NCBI GenBank assembly: GCA_051294375.1
Contig: CM119267.1
Span: 16,391,601 to 16,455,600, forward strand
Direction of reading: 5' to 3'
DNA: 64,000 bases
From: Paraspadella gotoi
Lineage: Eukaryota > Animalia > Chaetognatha
How positions within the stretch are numbered: position 1 is the stretch's first letter; each line of letters begins with the position of its first letter. The notes under the pieces were generated by a model. That model was not told the origin of the DNA. It saw nothing but the letters and a program-made list of their open reading frames with translations, and did no database searches. A program made the position numbers and the translations under genes. Below, piece by piece: positions 62,398-64,000 of the stretch.

Positions 62398-63748
62398 CGT
62401 TAGCTAGTCTTATACCTAATAACATTATTGTTAATGAGAATACTATTATAAATACTACTTATTTAAATATATGTTAAGTGTAAAACTTTTAGATATAGAT
62501 AGATAGATTATATGTAAGACACCATGTAATTAATCACATCAAAATAAAACCAGTGTTACAGACTTTCAGCTGTTTTCTAACGATAATAAGATCAAGGAAA
62601 AAGAAAACCCAACAATTGAAAGTTTAACAGCGACTCAACAAAGGTCAGACAATGATCAAAGCTCAATAGAAAAGACAAACAACCACGGATCCCTTCACCA
62701 TAGGTCAAAGTCCCAGGCGAATACCGGTGATTAATCTGGCGGCAGAGACGAGAGAGAGAGAGAGAGAGAAGAGAGAGAGGAGGAGAAAGCAGAGAGAAGA
62801 GAGAGAGAAGATGAGAAGAGAGAGAGGAGAGAAGAGAAGATAAGAGAGGAGAGTGAAGACACAGAGGAGACAGAGAGTAGACGAGAGAGAGAGAGAGAGA
62901 GAGAAAAAGAGAGAGAGAGAAGGAGAGAGAGAGCGAGAGAGAGAGAGAGAGGAGAGAGAGGAGAGGGAGCAGAGAGAAGAGAGAGAGAAAGTGNNNNNNN
63001 NNNNNNNNNNNNNNNNNNTTTCTTTTTTTCTTTCTTTCTTTCTTTCTTTCTTTTTTTCCCTTTTTTTTCCTCTCGCCTTTTCTTCCTCAAATAAAAATCA
63101 AGAGTGAAAAGGAAAGAGACAACGAAAAACTCTTTTTTTTCCCTCCCGTTTTGTTTTTTGTTTATTATCCTTTTTTTTTTTACCCCGGTGTTTTTTCTCT
63201 GTTTCCTCAGTTCTTTTGTTTTGTTTTTAATCCTCCATCCTTCGCTTCCTTTCGGCTCCTTATTCCTCCCTTTTTTCCTCCGCGGAGGAAAGGAAAAAAA
63301 AATGGAAAAGAAAACAAGAAACCAGAACCCAAGCGAGAAAAAAAAAGGAAAAAAAAGGGGAAGAATCCAGGTTGGAAGAAAGAAACCACCTTTTTTTCCC
63401 GCCGAGGAAAATCAGAGGAGCTTTTCAACTGAAGAGGTTTCCCCTTTGTTAATCGTAAAAAGCGCTCTCGCAACAGAGGGCGCGCGAGAGTGCAACGAGA
63501 GAGAGAGAGAGAGGAAGAGAGAAAAAGAGAAGCGGCCAATGAGCTAAAAACCAAAGGTTTCCTCTGCTTAATTATTTTTTTCTACTTTTCTCTTTTCTTT
63601 TTTTTTCTTGTTTCTTGATCTCCAGTAAGTTTTTTTTTTTATTTTCTCTTCGCGATCTTTCATGCGAATATCGACAGCTTGATGTTGGAAACAATTCAAG
63701 TGGAAGAGGGGAAAGATTTACACTCGGAGATAGAACATAAAGAAAGAA

Positions 63749-63808
<60 letters not shown>

Positions 63809-64000
63809 TTTTTCTCTTTCTTTTCATCATTGTCTTCTTCCCTTTATGGAGTCAGCCTTTGAAGGTTTAGAAAGTTGGCAAGCGGTGATGGAAGCGTTGA
63901 TGGATGACGTCGGCGCCGAATGCCGCGGAAATGCCGCTGAAATGCCGTAGAAAATCTGGGGAAAATGCGGCGGCGATGCGGCAGGAGGAGAAAAAAAAAC

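Overview
Eukaryotic, microsatellite-rich (GA/CT, GAC, CTTT, GGAT, AAT) draft-assembly window with many N gaps. I found no recognisable host protein-coding gene, tRNA or rRNA. The clearest biological element is an apparently full-length DIRS-type tyrosine-recombinase retrotransposon on the + strand (~34240-40285). It has ~190-bp inverted terminal repeats, a gag-like region, RT, RNase H, a Dam-like methyltransferase domain and a tyrosine recombinase. Unusually, its internal complementary region (ICR) appears to lie ~1.2 kb from the 5' end, with no room for one at the canonical 3' position. Degenerate fragments of a CR1/L2-type LINE RT (~30500-30915) and of a Penelope-like element (~57450-58200) and several minisatellites are also present. 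Much of the rest consists of noisy, indel-rich direct and inverted re-copies of neighbouring sequence next to six gaps of exactly 25 N. These are most likely uncorrected long-read gap-filling artefacts, not real duplications. All alignments were done by eye, so boundaries are approximate.
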